Shown here in pieces: positions 8,639 through 18,082 of a stretch of 64,000 nt of DNA (the stretch's first letter is position 1; each line of letters begins with the position of its first letter). A program made the translations under genes and the position numbers. The notes beneath the pieces are model-generated. The model saw only the letters and a list, made by a program, of their open reading frames with translations, was not told where the DNA came from and did no database searches. Source of the DNA: Rickettsiales bacterium (GTDB lineage: Bacteria; Pseudomonadota; Alphaproteobacteria; Rickettsiales; UBA3002); contig JBIIEL010000004.1 in the NCBI GenBank assembly GCA_044237845.1, forward strand, positions 8,812-72,811, written 5' to 3'.

Positions 8639-9206
8639 TCTTTCCAAGCGTTTTTCGTAAATCCGTGGCGCTGGCCGGATGGCGCGGAATGGCGAGGTAA
8701 ACCCAGGCAGGGGCAGTGGCATCCGCCAGTTGCGCTGCATCTGCCGATGCAAGGCGCGATGATGCAAACCGCTGCGCAAAGCGCCCATGGAGCGCACGCA
8801 ACGCGAAGGGTGCACGGTCGAGAATCGCAATCGGCACCAGCGCCGCAACGCTGCGCCACGCCCGCCAGCGATGAAAGCCCGCGAGGTTATCCGCCCCCAT
8901 CAACCACACAAAGCGCGTGCCGCGCTGGCGATTTTTTAAGAAACGGATCGTGTCGATCGTGTAGCGCAATCCGTGGCGTTGTTCGAGGTCGAGCACCTTA
9001 ATGCGCGGGTGCGCGGCGACACGCTGCGCGTGGGCGAAACGGACGGCATAATCGTTCAGCTCATCCGCTTTTTTGAGCGGATTTTGCGGCGAGACCAGCC
9101 ACCAGATTTCATCGAGCCCGAGCCGCTTCATCGCTTCGAGCGAGATGTGCAGGTGACCTGCGTGGGCGGGGTTAAACGAGCCACCTAAAAGTCCGATTTT
9201 GCGCAT
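8613..9206 (-). CDS. nadD: Nicotinate-nucleotide adenylyltransferase
   Basis: 'GLLGGSFNPAHAGHLHIS' (H/T-x-G-H motif); 197 aa. Confidence 0.9.
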   Translation of the reverse strand: MRKIGLLGGSFNPAHAGHLHISLEAMKRLGLDEIWWLVSPQNPLKKADELNDYAVRFAHAQRVAAHPRIKVLDLEQRHGLRYTIDTIRFLKNRQRGTRFVWLMGADNLAGFHRWRAWRSVAALVPIAILDRAPFALRALHGRFAQRFASSRLASADAAQLADATAPAWVYLAIPRHPASATDLRKTLGKNVFLRHTA

Positions 9207-10471
9207 CAGCCTGCTCGCGTGGCACCGCCCTCGCGGGTGGTGGTGACGATGTATTTATACGTCGTGAGTTCGTTGGCGGCGACGGGGCCGCGGGCGTGGA
9301 GGCGGCCGGTGGCGATGCCGATTTCGCCGCCGAAGCCGAACTCGCCGCCATCCGCAAACTGGGTGGAGGCGTTGACCATCACGATGGCGCTATCCACCTC
9401 GCGGCAAAATTGCTGCGCAGCATTTTCGTCGGTGGTGAGAATGGTATCCGTGTGGTGCGAGCCGTAGCGGTTGATGTGGGCGATCGCCTCATCGATTCCC
9501 GCGACCATTTTGGCGGAGAGGATGGGGGCGAGATATTCGGTTGACCAGTCGATTTCTGTTGCAGCGATGATGCGTGGGTCGAGCGCAGAAATTTCCGCGT
9601 CGCCACGGATTCCGCAACCGGCATCGAGAAGGTTTTTGAGGATGTTTTGAATCATGCCTTTGGGCGCAGTCGCATCTACAAGGAGGGATTCGGTAGCGCC
9701 GCAAATACCGGTGCGGCGGAGTTTGGCGTTGGTGATGACGCGCAAGGCGGTGGCGGCGTCGGCGGCGTGGTGGAGGTAGGTGTGGCAGTTGCCGTCGAGA
9801 TGCAGCAGGGTGGGCACGCGGGCTTCGCGCGCGACGCGTTCGGTGAGGGAGCGCCCACCGCGCGGGATGATGACGTCGATGATGCCGCTCGCGGTGAGCA
9901 TCCAGGCCACGGCGTCACGGTCGGTGGTTGGTACGAGCTGCGCGGCATCGGTGGGAACGCCTGCACGCGCGAAGCCCGCATGGATGGCGGCGAGGATGGC
10001 GCGGCAGGAATGAAAACTCTCCGACCCGCCGCGCAGAATGACGGCGTTGCCCGCTTTGAAGGCGAGCGCCGTGGCATCCGCCGTGACGCCGGGGCGAGAT
10101 TCATAGATCATGCCGATGACGCCGAGCGGCACGGAAATTTTTTGGAAATCGAGGCCGTTTTCCGGGTTGCTCCACGCGGCGAGTTCGCGCCCCAAAGGGT
10201 CAGGCAGTGTGGCGATTTTCTCCAGCCCCGCGGCCATAGATTCAATACGCGTGGGGGTGAGCAGCAGGCGATCGCGTAGCGCTTCGGTGAGGGCATGCGC
10301 GGCATCCATATCGATTTTATTTGCGGCGAGGATGGAGTCTTCCTGCGCGCGGATTTCACGTGCCGCTTCCATCAGCGCGTGGTTTTTTTTCTCGGCGGAA
10401 AGTTGCGCGAGTGCGGCAGCGGCATTGCGCGCGGTGCGTCCGATTTCCGCCATCTGCGCAGAGAGGCTCAT
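9206..10471 (-). CDS. proA: Glutamate-5-semialdehyde dehydrogenase (gamma-glutamyl phosphate reductase)
   Basis: 421 aa. 'GVIGMIYESRPGVT', 'NAKLRRTGICGATESLLV' and 'HINRYGSHHTD' motifs. Confidence 0.95.
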   Translation of the reverse strand: MSLSAQMAEIGRTARNAAAALAQLSAEKKNHALMEAAREIRAQEDSILAANKIDMDAAHALTEALRDRLLLTPTRIESMAAGLEKIATLPDPLGRELAAWSNPENGLDFQKISVPLGVIGMIYESRPGVTADATALAFKAGNAVILRGGSESFHSCRAILAAIHAGFARAGVPTDAAQLVPTTDRDAVAWMLTASGIIDVIIPRGGRSLTERVAREARVPTLLHLDGNCHTYLHHAADAATALRVITNAKLRRTGICGATESLLVDATAPKGMIQNILKNLLDAGCGIRGDAEISALDPRIIAATEIDWSTEYLAPILSAKMVAGIDEAIAHINRYGSHHTDTILTTDENAAQQFCREVDSAIVMVNASTQFADGGEFGFGGEIGIATGRLHARGPVAANELTTYKYIVTTTREGGATRAG

Positions 10472-10941
10472 ACTGCGATCCGCCCGTTGACGACGCGCAT
10501 ATTCGTCAGCCGGTCATGAAATCCGACGCGGGTAGTGAGCACCGGCATGAACCAGATGATGTGCAAAAATACAAAGAGACTTTGGGCGAATTGTGTGGAC
10601 AAGAAACTCGTTTGAAGGGCAAGCGAAGGAATGACGAGCGCGAGGAAACGCTCCAGCCCGTCGCGCTGAGTGAGGGCGCGTCCGTCGAGACGGATGAGGT
10701 GAATATTCATCGCGCGCATGCCGGGTGTGGCCTGCCAGCTCCCCGCATAGAACGAGAGGAAATAAGCGAGTTGCATGAGGAATGCGATAAGGGTGAACAC
10801 CGGCGCCACTGAGGGTTTCCCTTCGGCATCCACGCTGCCGGTGAGGCCGATCAGAATCATCGTTGGGATGAGCAGGATGAAGCTATCGATGAGATAGGCG
10901 ATGAAGCGGTCATGCCAGATGGCGTAAGCGGATGCGTTCAT
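10468..10941 (-). CDS. RDD-family membrane protein
   Basis: 157 aa, 3 hydrophobic helices, 'WHDRFIAYLIDSFIL' N-terminal RDD-like motif. Both ends overlap the pro genes by 4 nt. Confidence 0.7.
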   Translation of the reverse strand: MNASAYAIWHDRFIAYLIDSFILLIPTMILIGLTGSVDAEGKPSVAPVFTLIAFLMQLAYFLSFYAGSWQATPGMRAMNIHLIRLDGRALTQRDGLERFLALVIPSLALQTSFLSTQFAQSLFVFLHIIWFMPVLTTRVGFHDRLTNMRVVNGRIAV

Positions 10942-12059
10942 AATATGGCCAGATCGTCGCGGTGAATGAGGGTGTCGCGGTGAGCGTAGCCTAAAATCGC
11001 CTCGATGGCATCCGTCTTTTTACCCATGATGGCGGCGATCTCGGCAGCGTCATAACCCGTGATGCCCTTCGCGATGAGCGTGCCGCCGGGCGCTTTGATG
11101 CCGATGATGTCGCCGCGTTCGAAGCTGCCTTCGAGGGCAGTGACGCCAGCGGGAAGCAGGCTTTTTCCTTGTGTGAGCGCGCGGGCGGCGCCGTCGTCGA
11201 TGACGAGGTGCCCGGGCAGATGCACGGCGGCGGCGATCCACTGTTTGCGTGCGAGTTGCGGCTTGATGCTGGTGGTGAACCAGGTCGCGCGCGCGCCTGT
11301 TGCGAGGGCGGCGAGCGGGTGGTTCTCGGTGCCGCGCGCGATGACCATCGCGCAGCCCGCGCGGGTCGCCATCGCGGCAGCGTCGAGCTTGGTTTTCATG
11401 CCGCCATTGCTGAGTGTGGTGGCGGCGCCACCGGCCATGGCAAGGATTTCCGGCGTGAGCGTGGCAACTTCAGGGATATGTTTCGCATCCGCATGCAAGG
11501 CCGGGTTTTTGTCATACAGCCCATCGACATCCGACAGCAGCACCAGCGCATCCGCCGCGAGCATGACGGCAACGCGCGCTGCGAGGCGGTCGTTATCGCC
11601 GAATTTCAGCTCGGCAGTGGCGACCGTGTCGTTCTCGTTGACGATGGGGATGAGCCCGCGCGCGAGCAGCGTGCCGAAGGTGGCGCGGGCGTTGAGGTAG
11701 CGGCGGCGCTCCTCCGAATCATCGAGCGTGAGGAGGAGTTGGGCTGTTTTTATACCATACGCGTCAAGCGCAGCTTGCCATGCTTGCATCAGCAGCGGTT
11801 GCCCGGCAGCGGCGGCGGCTTGTTTTTCCTCCAAGCTGAGCGCTTCAGTGCCGAGGCCGAGCAGCGGGCGACCAAGCGCCACCGCACCGGAGGAGACGAG
11901 GATGATTTCTTTTCCCTGCGTGCGGAGCGCGGCGATATCCGCGGCGAGTGAAGCCAGCCACTCGCGACGCAACGCGCCGGAGCCCACCAGCAGGCTGGAG
12001 CCGATTTTGATGACAATGCGTTTGGCGGTGGTGAGGGACATAGGGTGTTCATAGCGCAA
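10938..12059 (-). CDS. proB: Glutamate 5-kinase (with PUA domain)
   Basis: 'IVIKIGSSLL', 'VSSGAVALG' and 'FGDNDRLAARVA' motifs; C-terminal PUA-like 'GDIIGIK...GITGY'. Confidence 0.95.
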   Translation of the reverse strand: MRYEHPMSLTTAKRIVIKIGSSLLVGSGALRREWLASLAADIAALRTQGKEIILVSSGAVALGRPLLGLGTEALSLEEKQAAAAAGQPLLMQAWQAALDAYGIKTAQLLLTLDDSEERRRYLNARATFGTLLARGLIPIVNENDTVATAELKFGDNDRLAARVAVMLAADALVLLSDVDGLYDKNPALHADAKHIPEVATLTPEILAMAGGAATTLSNGGMKTKLDAAAMATRAGCAMVIARGTENHPLAALATGARATWFTTSIKPQLARKQWIAAAVHLPGHLVIDDGAARALTQGKSLLPAGVTALEGSFERGDIIGIKAPGGTLIAKGITGYDAAEIAAIMGKKTDAIEAILGYAHRDTLIHRDDLAIL

Positions 12060-12063
12060 TAAA

Positions 12064-12100
12064 GTGCGTGTCGCTAGTGCTAGTCGCTAGTACGCACACA
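12064..12100. repeat. Short hairpin (gtgcgt/acgcac stem) whose loop is tandem CGCTAGT-type heptamers
   Basis: Read directly: 'gtgcgtg tcgctag tgctag tcgctag tacgcac'. It shares 'tcgctagtcgc' with the reverse complement of the obg insert. Confidence 0.6.
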
Positions 12101-12104
12101 GCCT

Positions 12105-12183
12105 GTCATCCCGGTTTTGCTTTCGCAAACACCGGGATCCCGCTTCCTTTAAATAAAAGCTGGACCCCGGCGTAAAGCCGGGG
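12105..12183. repeat. REP-like hairpins (GTCATCCCGG...CCGGGATCC and CCCCGGC-gtaaa-GCCGGGG)
   Basis: Inverted repeats read directly. A related 'GTCATGCCGCC-gcga-GGCGGGATGAC' hairpin lies at 15527-15552. Confidence 0.6.
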
Positions 12184-12271
12184 TGACAACCGAGATTGGG
12201 GCGCGGCTGTGCACTGTTTGACGTTACCCCGCGCGCCGGTGTATAGCTGTTCTCCACACAACGAGGCGGTT

Positions 12272-12646
12272 ATGAAAATAAAGAAATTCCTGCTGATTTC
12301 GATTCCGGCGCTGATTATCATCGCGCTGATGTTCACCAACGCGCCCTATCAGTGGCTCACTCAGCGCAGCATCGACAACGTGCTGGTGAAGGATAAGCAG
12401 ATCACCACCGAATCGGCGAAGAAGGGCGGTAAGGTGCAAAGTACCTACCTCATTTTCACCGACCATGGCGTGTTCCGTAACGACGATGCGGGCTGGTTCG
12501 TGAAATATAACAGCTCGGACGTGTACGGGAATCTCGACGTTGGCAAGCGCTACCGCTTCAAGGTCTATGGCTGGCGGATTCCGATCTTCAGCATGTACCC
12601 CAACCTCGTGAAGGCAGAAGAGGTGAAGGCGGGTGAGGGGAAGTAG
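12272..12646 (+). CDS. Small membrane-anchored protein, DUF1523-like
   Basis: The ATG at 12272 is preceded by 'gaggcgg'. One N-terminal TM helix, then 'YLIFTDHGVFRNDD...YNSSDVYGNLDVGKRYRFKVYGWRIPIFSMYPN'. The family assignment is from memory. Confidence 0.55.
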   Translation: MKIKKFLLISIPALIIIALMFTNAPYQWLTQRSIDNVLVKDKQITTESAKKGGKVQSTYLIFTDHGVFRNDDAGWFVKYNSSDVYGNLDVGKRYRFKVYGWRIPIFSMYPNLVKAEEVKAGEGK

Positions 12647-12662
12647 CTAGGTTTTGTCTGCA

Positions 12663-14312
12663 TCAAGGGATGTAGCTTGCTGTACCGTAAGCGTGTACAC
12701 AACCCATCAGGCAAAGCAGTGCTCCAAAACCATAGACGCGTGCGCGGTTATACTCCTTTTTAGTTAGCGCAATGGCAAGCATTACCACGCAGAGCAATGC
12801 AGATAAGGGTAGCGCTACAATCATGAATAGCACGTATAAGAGCCCGTCCGTATGATAAATAATCACGACATGCCTGAAATACGCAGTGCTTGCGTGGAAG
12901 AGCGCTAATGCAAGGATCGTTCCGCGTAAAAGGTATAACATAGTGAACGACATTATGCGCGATGGAGCAGAAACACTCCTTAATGCTTTTTGGGTGCGTC
13001 GCCACAGCCAATAGCTAAGTGCGAAAGCAAGCGAGCCAAGGAATGGCCCCTTGAGCGCTTCGCGTGTTTCTTTCTCCAGTGTTCGCAATCTCTTGTTCAG
13101 GCGTTCATTGCGTGCCGCAGGGGCAACAAATTTCGGATCAAGCTCACTCGCAGTGATGCCAACCATTTGGTCAACATCTCTGCTCAGCGGCGCAAGAGTG
13201 ACATCTTCTGTTTTTGCGCCGTTGAAACTTGCGCCAGCAAGAGAGCGACTGTCTATTGTTGCTCCGGTCAACGTAGCGTGATCGAATTTTGTGCCTCTCA
13301 TGCTACCGTCCAGACTGGCTCCAGAGAGGATTGCCCCTGTAAAATCAGCGCCATCCATATCTCCAAAGAGAGAAAGGCTAGACAGATTGGCATAGGAGAA
13401 ATTTACGTTACGGAAATCGCAGGAGTAGGTCTTCCAGTTGCAATTGTTAAAAAGTATCGCGGCATGGCGCAAATCTGCGTGACTCAGATTCATTCCGGGG
13501 ATCGCTCTCGGGAAACTAATATTATATCCTGGGCGGTCGGGATGTATCAACGCTTTGAAAGGCTCAAGACGCGCTGGGTCGCGAAGAATAGGTTCGAGAT
13601 CCTCGTTGTAAACGATGCCCCCCTTCTGACGAATTTCTTCAAGGACAGGATTGTTGCGATCAAGAGAGACTTTATCTCCGCCCACGCTACTGTCGTAGTG
13701 GCTACGCCACCACACAAAGGCATTAGTAAAGTCAGCCTTATCTAGGATAAGATTTTTGAACGTCGGCGCGAGTGTTCTGAAAGTAAAACTAGCTCCCTGA
13801 AAATTAGCATTGGTAAAGTTGCTGTTCTCTAGCGATGCAACATAGGGGATACCATTATACGATTCACCAGTGAAACGTGCATTTTTAAAGTTCGCGTTGG
13901 TGAAATCACTGTCTTTGATGGCTCTGCTCAGGGTCGCTCCGATAAAAATGGCATTGACGGCAGTGGAAGACACAATAGAGCTGCCAATATCCGCGTTGGT
14001 GAAATTCGCGTCGTCTAACTTGGAATTGGAAACCTCCATATTGATATCAGCGTTAGTAAAATTAGCGCCACTGAGATCGCTGTGACTGATATGATAGATT
14101 TCCGCATTAGTAAAGTTGGCACCTCTGGCGGAAACATTCTTGAGGCTATTGCCAACGTAGACATTAGAGAAATCACACCCATCCATATTGGCGGTGATGG
14201 ATTTTTCGATAATCCATCGGTTGCCATATTCATCCTTGAACTCTGGGCAGGCATAAGCGCCGTTGCTATACAGAGAAAGTAGTAAAGTCATAAAAAGAAG
14301 ACGATTGTTCAT
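12663..14312 (-). CDS. Pentapeptide-repeat protein with N-terminal signal peptide and C-terminal multi-TM domain
   Basis: Many A(D/N)(L/F)xx pentapeptides (GANFTNAEI, ANFTNADI, ADFTNAFV, ADLRHAAI, ADFTGAILSGASLDGS). About 4 hydrophobic helices fill the last 130 aa. The gene looks more AT-rich than its neighbours. Confidence 0.85.
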   Translation of the reverse strand: MNNRLLFMTLLLSLYSNGAYACPEFKDEYGNRWIIEKSITANMDGCDFSNVYVGNSLKNVSARGANFTNAEIYHISHSDLSGANFTNADINMEVSNSKLDDANFTNADIGSSIVSSTAVNAIFIGATLSRAIKDSDFTNANFKNARFTGESYNGIPYVASLENSNFTNANFQGASFTFRTLAPTFKNLILDKADFTNAFVWWRSHYDSSVGGDKVSLDRNNPVLEEIRQKGGIVYNEDLEPILRDPARLEPFKALIHPDRPGYNISFPRAIPGMNLSHADLRHAAILFNNCNWKTYSCDFRNVNFSYANLSSLSLFGDMDGADFTGAILSGASLDGSMRGTKFDHATLTGATIDSRSLAGASFNGAKTEDVTLAPLSRDVDQMVGITASELDPKFVAPAARNERLNKRLRTLEKETREALKGPFLGSLAFALSYWLWRRTQKALRSVSAPSRIMSFTMLYLLRGTILALALFHASTAYFRHVVIIYHTDGLLYVLFMIVALPLSALLCVVMLAIALTKKEYNRARVYGFGALLCLMGCVHAYGTASYIP

Positions 14313-14314
14313 CG

Positions 14315-15439
<1,125 letters not shown>

Positions 15440-15489
15440 TTAGGGGCGGGAGGTTAGGGGGAGTGTTTAGCATGCCCGCGTGTGATATA

Positions 15490-15516
15490 AACAAAAAAGG
15501 GAGCGAGAACGCTCCC
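15490..15516 (-). terminator. Rho-independent terminator after rpmA
   Basis: On the minus strand the stem gggagcg-ttct-cgctccc is followed by TTTTTTGTTT. Confidence 0.75.
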
Positions 15517-15526
15517 TTTTCTTTGT

Positions 15527-15552
15527 GTCATGCCGCCGCGAGGCGGGATGAC
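15527..15552. repeat. REP-like hairpin GTCATGCCGCC-gcga-GGCGGGATGAC
   Basis: Perfect inverted repeat read directly. It is related to the hairpin at 12105-12140. Confidence 0.6.
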
Positions 15553-15556
15553 GAAA

Positions 15557-15868
15557 CTATGCAGCGGCCTTTTTCTTCGGCGCTTTCGGGGCTTTTGCAG
15601 CTTCCACCGCAGCGGCGGCGGCGATAACCGACACCACGTTTTTGTTGCCCGCTTTTTTGCTGTATTTCACTGCGCCATCCACCGTTGCGAAGATGGTGTA
15701 GTCTTTACCGAGGCCGACGCCAACGCCCGGATGGTACGTGGTGCCGCGCTGGCGGATGATGATGTTACCGGCGAGCACTTCTTCGCCACCGAATTTTTTC
15801 ACGCCAAGGCGCTGGCCTTGCGAATCGCGACCGTTGCGGGATGAACCACCGGCTTTCTTATGTGCCAT
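15557..15868 (-). CDS. rpmA: 50S ribosomal protein L27 with Ala/Lys-rich C-terminal tail
   Basis: '[29 protein letters not shown]' is the canonical L27 N-terminus. Confidence 0.95.
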   Translation of the reverse strand: MAHKKAGGSSRNGRDSQGQRLGVKKFGGEEVLAGNIIIRQRGTTYHPGVGVGLGKDYTIFATVDGAVKYSKKAGNKNVVSVIAAAAAVEAAKAPKAPKKKAAA

Positions 15869-15889
15869 GACTAAACTCCTTTGGCTTAA

Positions 15890-16366
15890 TTATTTCGCTG
15901 CTTTTTTAGCGGCGGGTTTCTTGGCTGCTGCAGGCTTCTTTGCAGCAGGGGCTTTTTTAGCTGCCGGTGCCGCTTTCGCAGGGGCTGCTTTCTTTGCAGC
16001 CGGAGCGGTGCGCGGTGCTTTCAGCTTGCGCGGCTCGGCCTTTACAGCCACGGTGCCGTTCAGCGAGATTGCGGTGATGTGCAGCGCGGTGAAACGCTGA
16101 CGGTGACCGTTCTTACGCTTATAGTTGTGACGGCGCTTCTTTTTGAAGATAAGCACCTTGTCGGCCTTACCTTGCTCGATGATTTGTGCTTCCACCACCG
16201 CGCCAGCCACGAAGGGCGCGCCGATGACGGTTTTATCGCCCGAGAGGCCAAGCACCTGGTCGAGCTTCACGGTATCGCCCGCTTCGCCTTCCAGCTTTTC
16301 AACTTCGATGATGCTGCCCGCGGTAACACGGTATTGTTTGCCGCCTGTGAGTACGATTGCGTACAT
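15890..16366 (-). CDS. rplU: 50S ribosomal protein L21 with a ~55-aa Ala/Lys/Pro-rich C-terminal extension
   Basis: '[17 protein letters not shown]...[21 protein letters not shown]' is L21. The tail reads '[36 protein letters not shown]'. Confidence 0.95.
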   Translation of the reverse strand: MYAIVLTGGKQYRVTAGSIIEVEKLEGEAGDTVKLDQVLGLSGDKTVIGAPFVAGAVVEAQIIEQGKADKVLIFKKKRRHNYKRKNGHRQRFTALHITAISLNGTVAVKAEPRKLKAPRTAPAAKKAAPAKAAPAAKKAPAAKKPAAAKKPAAKKAAK

Positions 16367-16590
16367 ATTATTATCCTTTTTGTCGTTTGTTTCTGGTGGC
16401 GATTTGCTGTTTCAGCATCTCATCCACCATCACCAAACTCAGTCTGGTTATTAGTGAGTGCATTACTTTTAAGGAGGCGGGAATATACTCGCGTCCGCCA
16501 CCATGTCAACCGTAAACATTCGCCCGGCGGGCTGGGGGCTAACCAGCGGTTTTCCTTGCTAAATGCGATGATTTGGGCTGTCATGGGCGG

Positions 16591-17988
16591 ATGCGCAAAC
16601 ACTATGTCCCGTTCAATACCCTGCTGAAATCCGTGCTCGTGGTCTCGAGCCCGGCGCTGGTGGTGCTGGGACTCTATGTGTTTTTCGACGTTCTGAGCCT
16701 CTCGCAGATGATGTATGGGTTCGGCATTATCTTCGCGGCGACGGCAGCGCTGATCTACCCGTTTCTCTCGAACGTGTCGGCGCTGACGCATTACGTGAAC
16801 GAGATCGCGCAGGATAAACGCGTCGCGCCGCCGGATCTCAGCTTCATCGGCTCGGTGACAGAGCTGAGTGACGCGCTCAACCGCCTGCAGGCCGGGTGGG
16901 ACGTAAAGAAAAAGCAGATGGAAACCATCATCACCGAGCGTGAAATTCTCGTCGATACGCTGCCGGATATTCTCATCATGGTGAATGACGACAAAAAAGT
17001 CGTGCGCACCAACCGCGCTGCACGCGCCATTTTTGGCCAGAACCTCGCGGGAAAAACACTCACCGATGTCATTCCCAACCGCTATCTCACGGATGCAGTG
17101 AACTCCGTGATTCAGGATTTGCGCGGGCGGGAGATTGAGTTCCGCATTGAAGACCCGCTGGTGCGGGATTTCCTCGCCATCATCGAGCGCTTCCCGGTGC
17201 CAACCGCAGGCGGCATCTCGACCGTCATCACCATGAACGATATTACGGAGCTGAAATCTGTCGAGCAAATGCGCGCGGATTTCGTGGCCAATGCGAGCCA
17301 CGAGCTGCGCACGCCGCTCGCGTCCATCAAGGGTTTTGTTGAAACGCTGCTTGGCCCCGCGAAGGACGACGAAGTGGCGCGCGAAGAGTTTTTAAAAATC
17401 ATGCTCGAACAATCCGACCGCATGCAACAGCTCATCGGCGATCTGCTGTCGCTCAGCAAAATTGAGATGAACGTGCATTCCGTGCCGGTGGAGCCGACGG
17501 ACCTCGCCGCCGTGGTGCGTAAGCAGGTGGAGAGCCTGAAGCGCATGGCGGCGGAGAAAAACCTGCGCATGGTGATGAGCCTCCACGACAATTTGCCGCA
17601 GGTGAAGGGCGAGGCGAACGAGCTGGCGCAGGTGGTGCATAACCTCATCAGCAACGCGATCAAATATGGCTTTGCGGATTCGGATGTCACCATCACCGCG
17701 CGGGTGACGACGGAGCTGCCGCAGGATCTTAACATGCGCAACCTGACGCGCGTGGTGGCACTCAGCGTGCGCGACCGCGGGGAGGGGATCCCCAAGCAGC
17801 ATCTGCCACGGCTGATGGAGCGCTTCTATCGTGTGGATTCCGCCCGCACGCGGCAGGTCGGCGGCACCGGCCTCGGCCTTGCCATCGTCAAAGGCATCGT
17901 CCAGCGCCATCGCGGCGCGATCACCATCGACTCGGTGGTGGGCGAGGGCACGAACTTTACGGTGTTCCTGCCGATTTGGGAGAGTTAG
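16591..17988 (+). CDS. phoR: Phosphate-regulon-type sensor histidine kinase (TM, PAS, HisKA, HATPase)
   Basis: H-box 'DFVANASHELRTPL', N-box 'NLISNAIKY', G-boxes 'DRGEGI' and 'GGTGLGLAIVK'. It lies adjacent to pstCAB. The start is set at the first ATG (16591); the track ORF begins at TTG 16573. Confidence 0.85.
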   Translation: MRKHYVPFNTLLKSVLVVSSPALVVLGLYVFFDVLSLSQMMYGFGIIFAATAALIYPFLSNVSALTHYVNEIAQDKRVAPPDLSFIGSVTELSDALNRLQAGWDVKKKQMETIITEREILVDTLPDILIMVNDDKKVVRTNRAARAIFGQNLAGKTLTDVIPNRYLTDAVNSVIQDLRGREIEFRIEDPLVRDFLAIIERFPVPTAGGISTVITMNDITELKSVEQMRADFVANASHELRTPLASIKGFVETLLGPAKDDEVAREEFLKIMLEQSDRMQQLIGDLLSLSKIEMNVHSVPVEPTDLAAVVRKQVESLKRMAAEKNLRMVMSLHDNLPQVKGEANELAQVVHNLISNAIKYGFADSDVTITARVTTELPQDLNMRNLTRVVALSVRDRGEGIPKQHLPRLMERFYRVDSARTRQVGGTGLGLAIVKGIVQRHRGAITIDSVVGEGTNFTVFLPIWES

Positions 17989-18082
17989 GTCGCACGCATT
18001 CCCCCTATGTGCCGTGCGCAACGATAAGCCGGTTTACTTCCCCCGCCGCGCCCGCTAAAACCGCGGGGCATGGAGTGAGTTT

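Noticed and set aside
8639-8848. The long form of rsfS starting at 8848
   Set aside because: It would overlap nadD by 236 nt, and the extra residues (MRRWCRLRFSTVHPSRC...) look like out-of-frame nadD sequence. An internal start is more plausible, though the exact codon remains uncertain.
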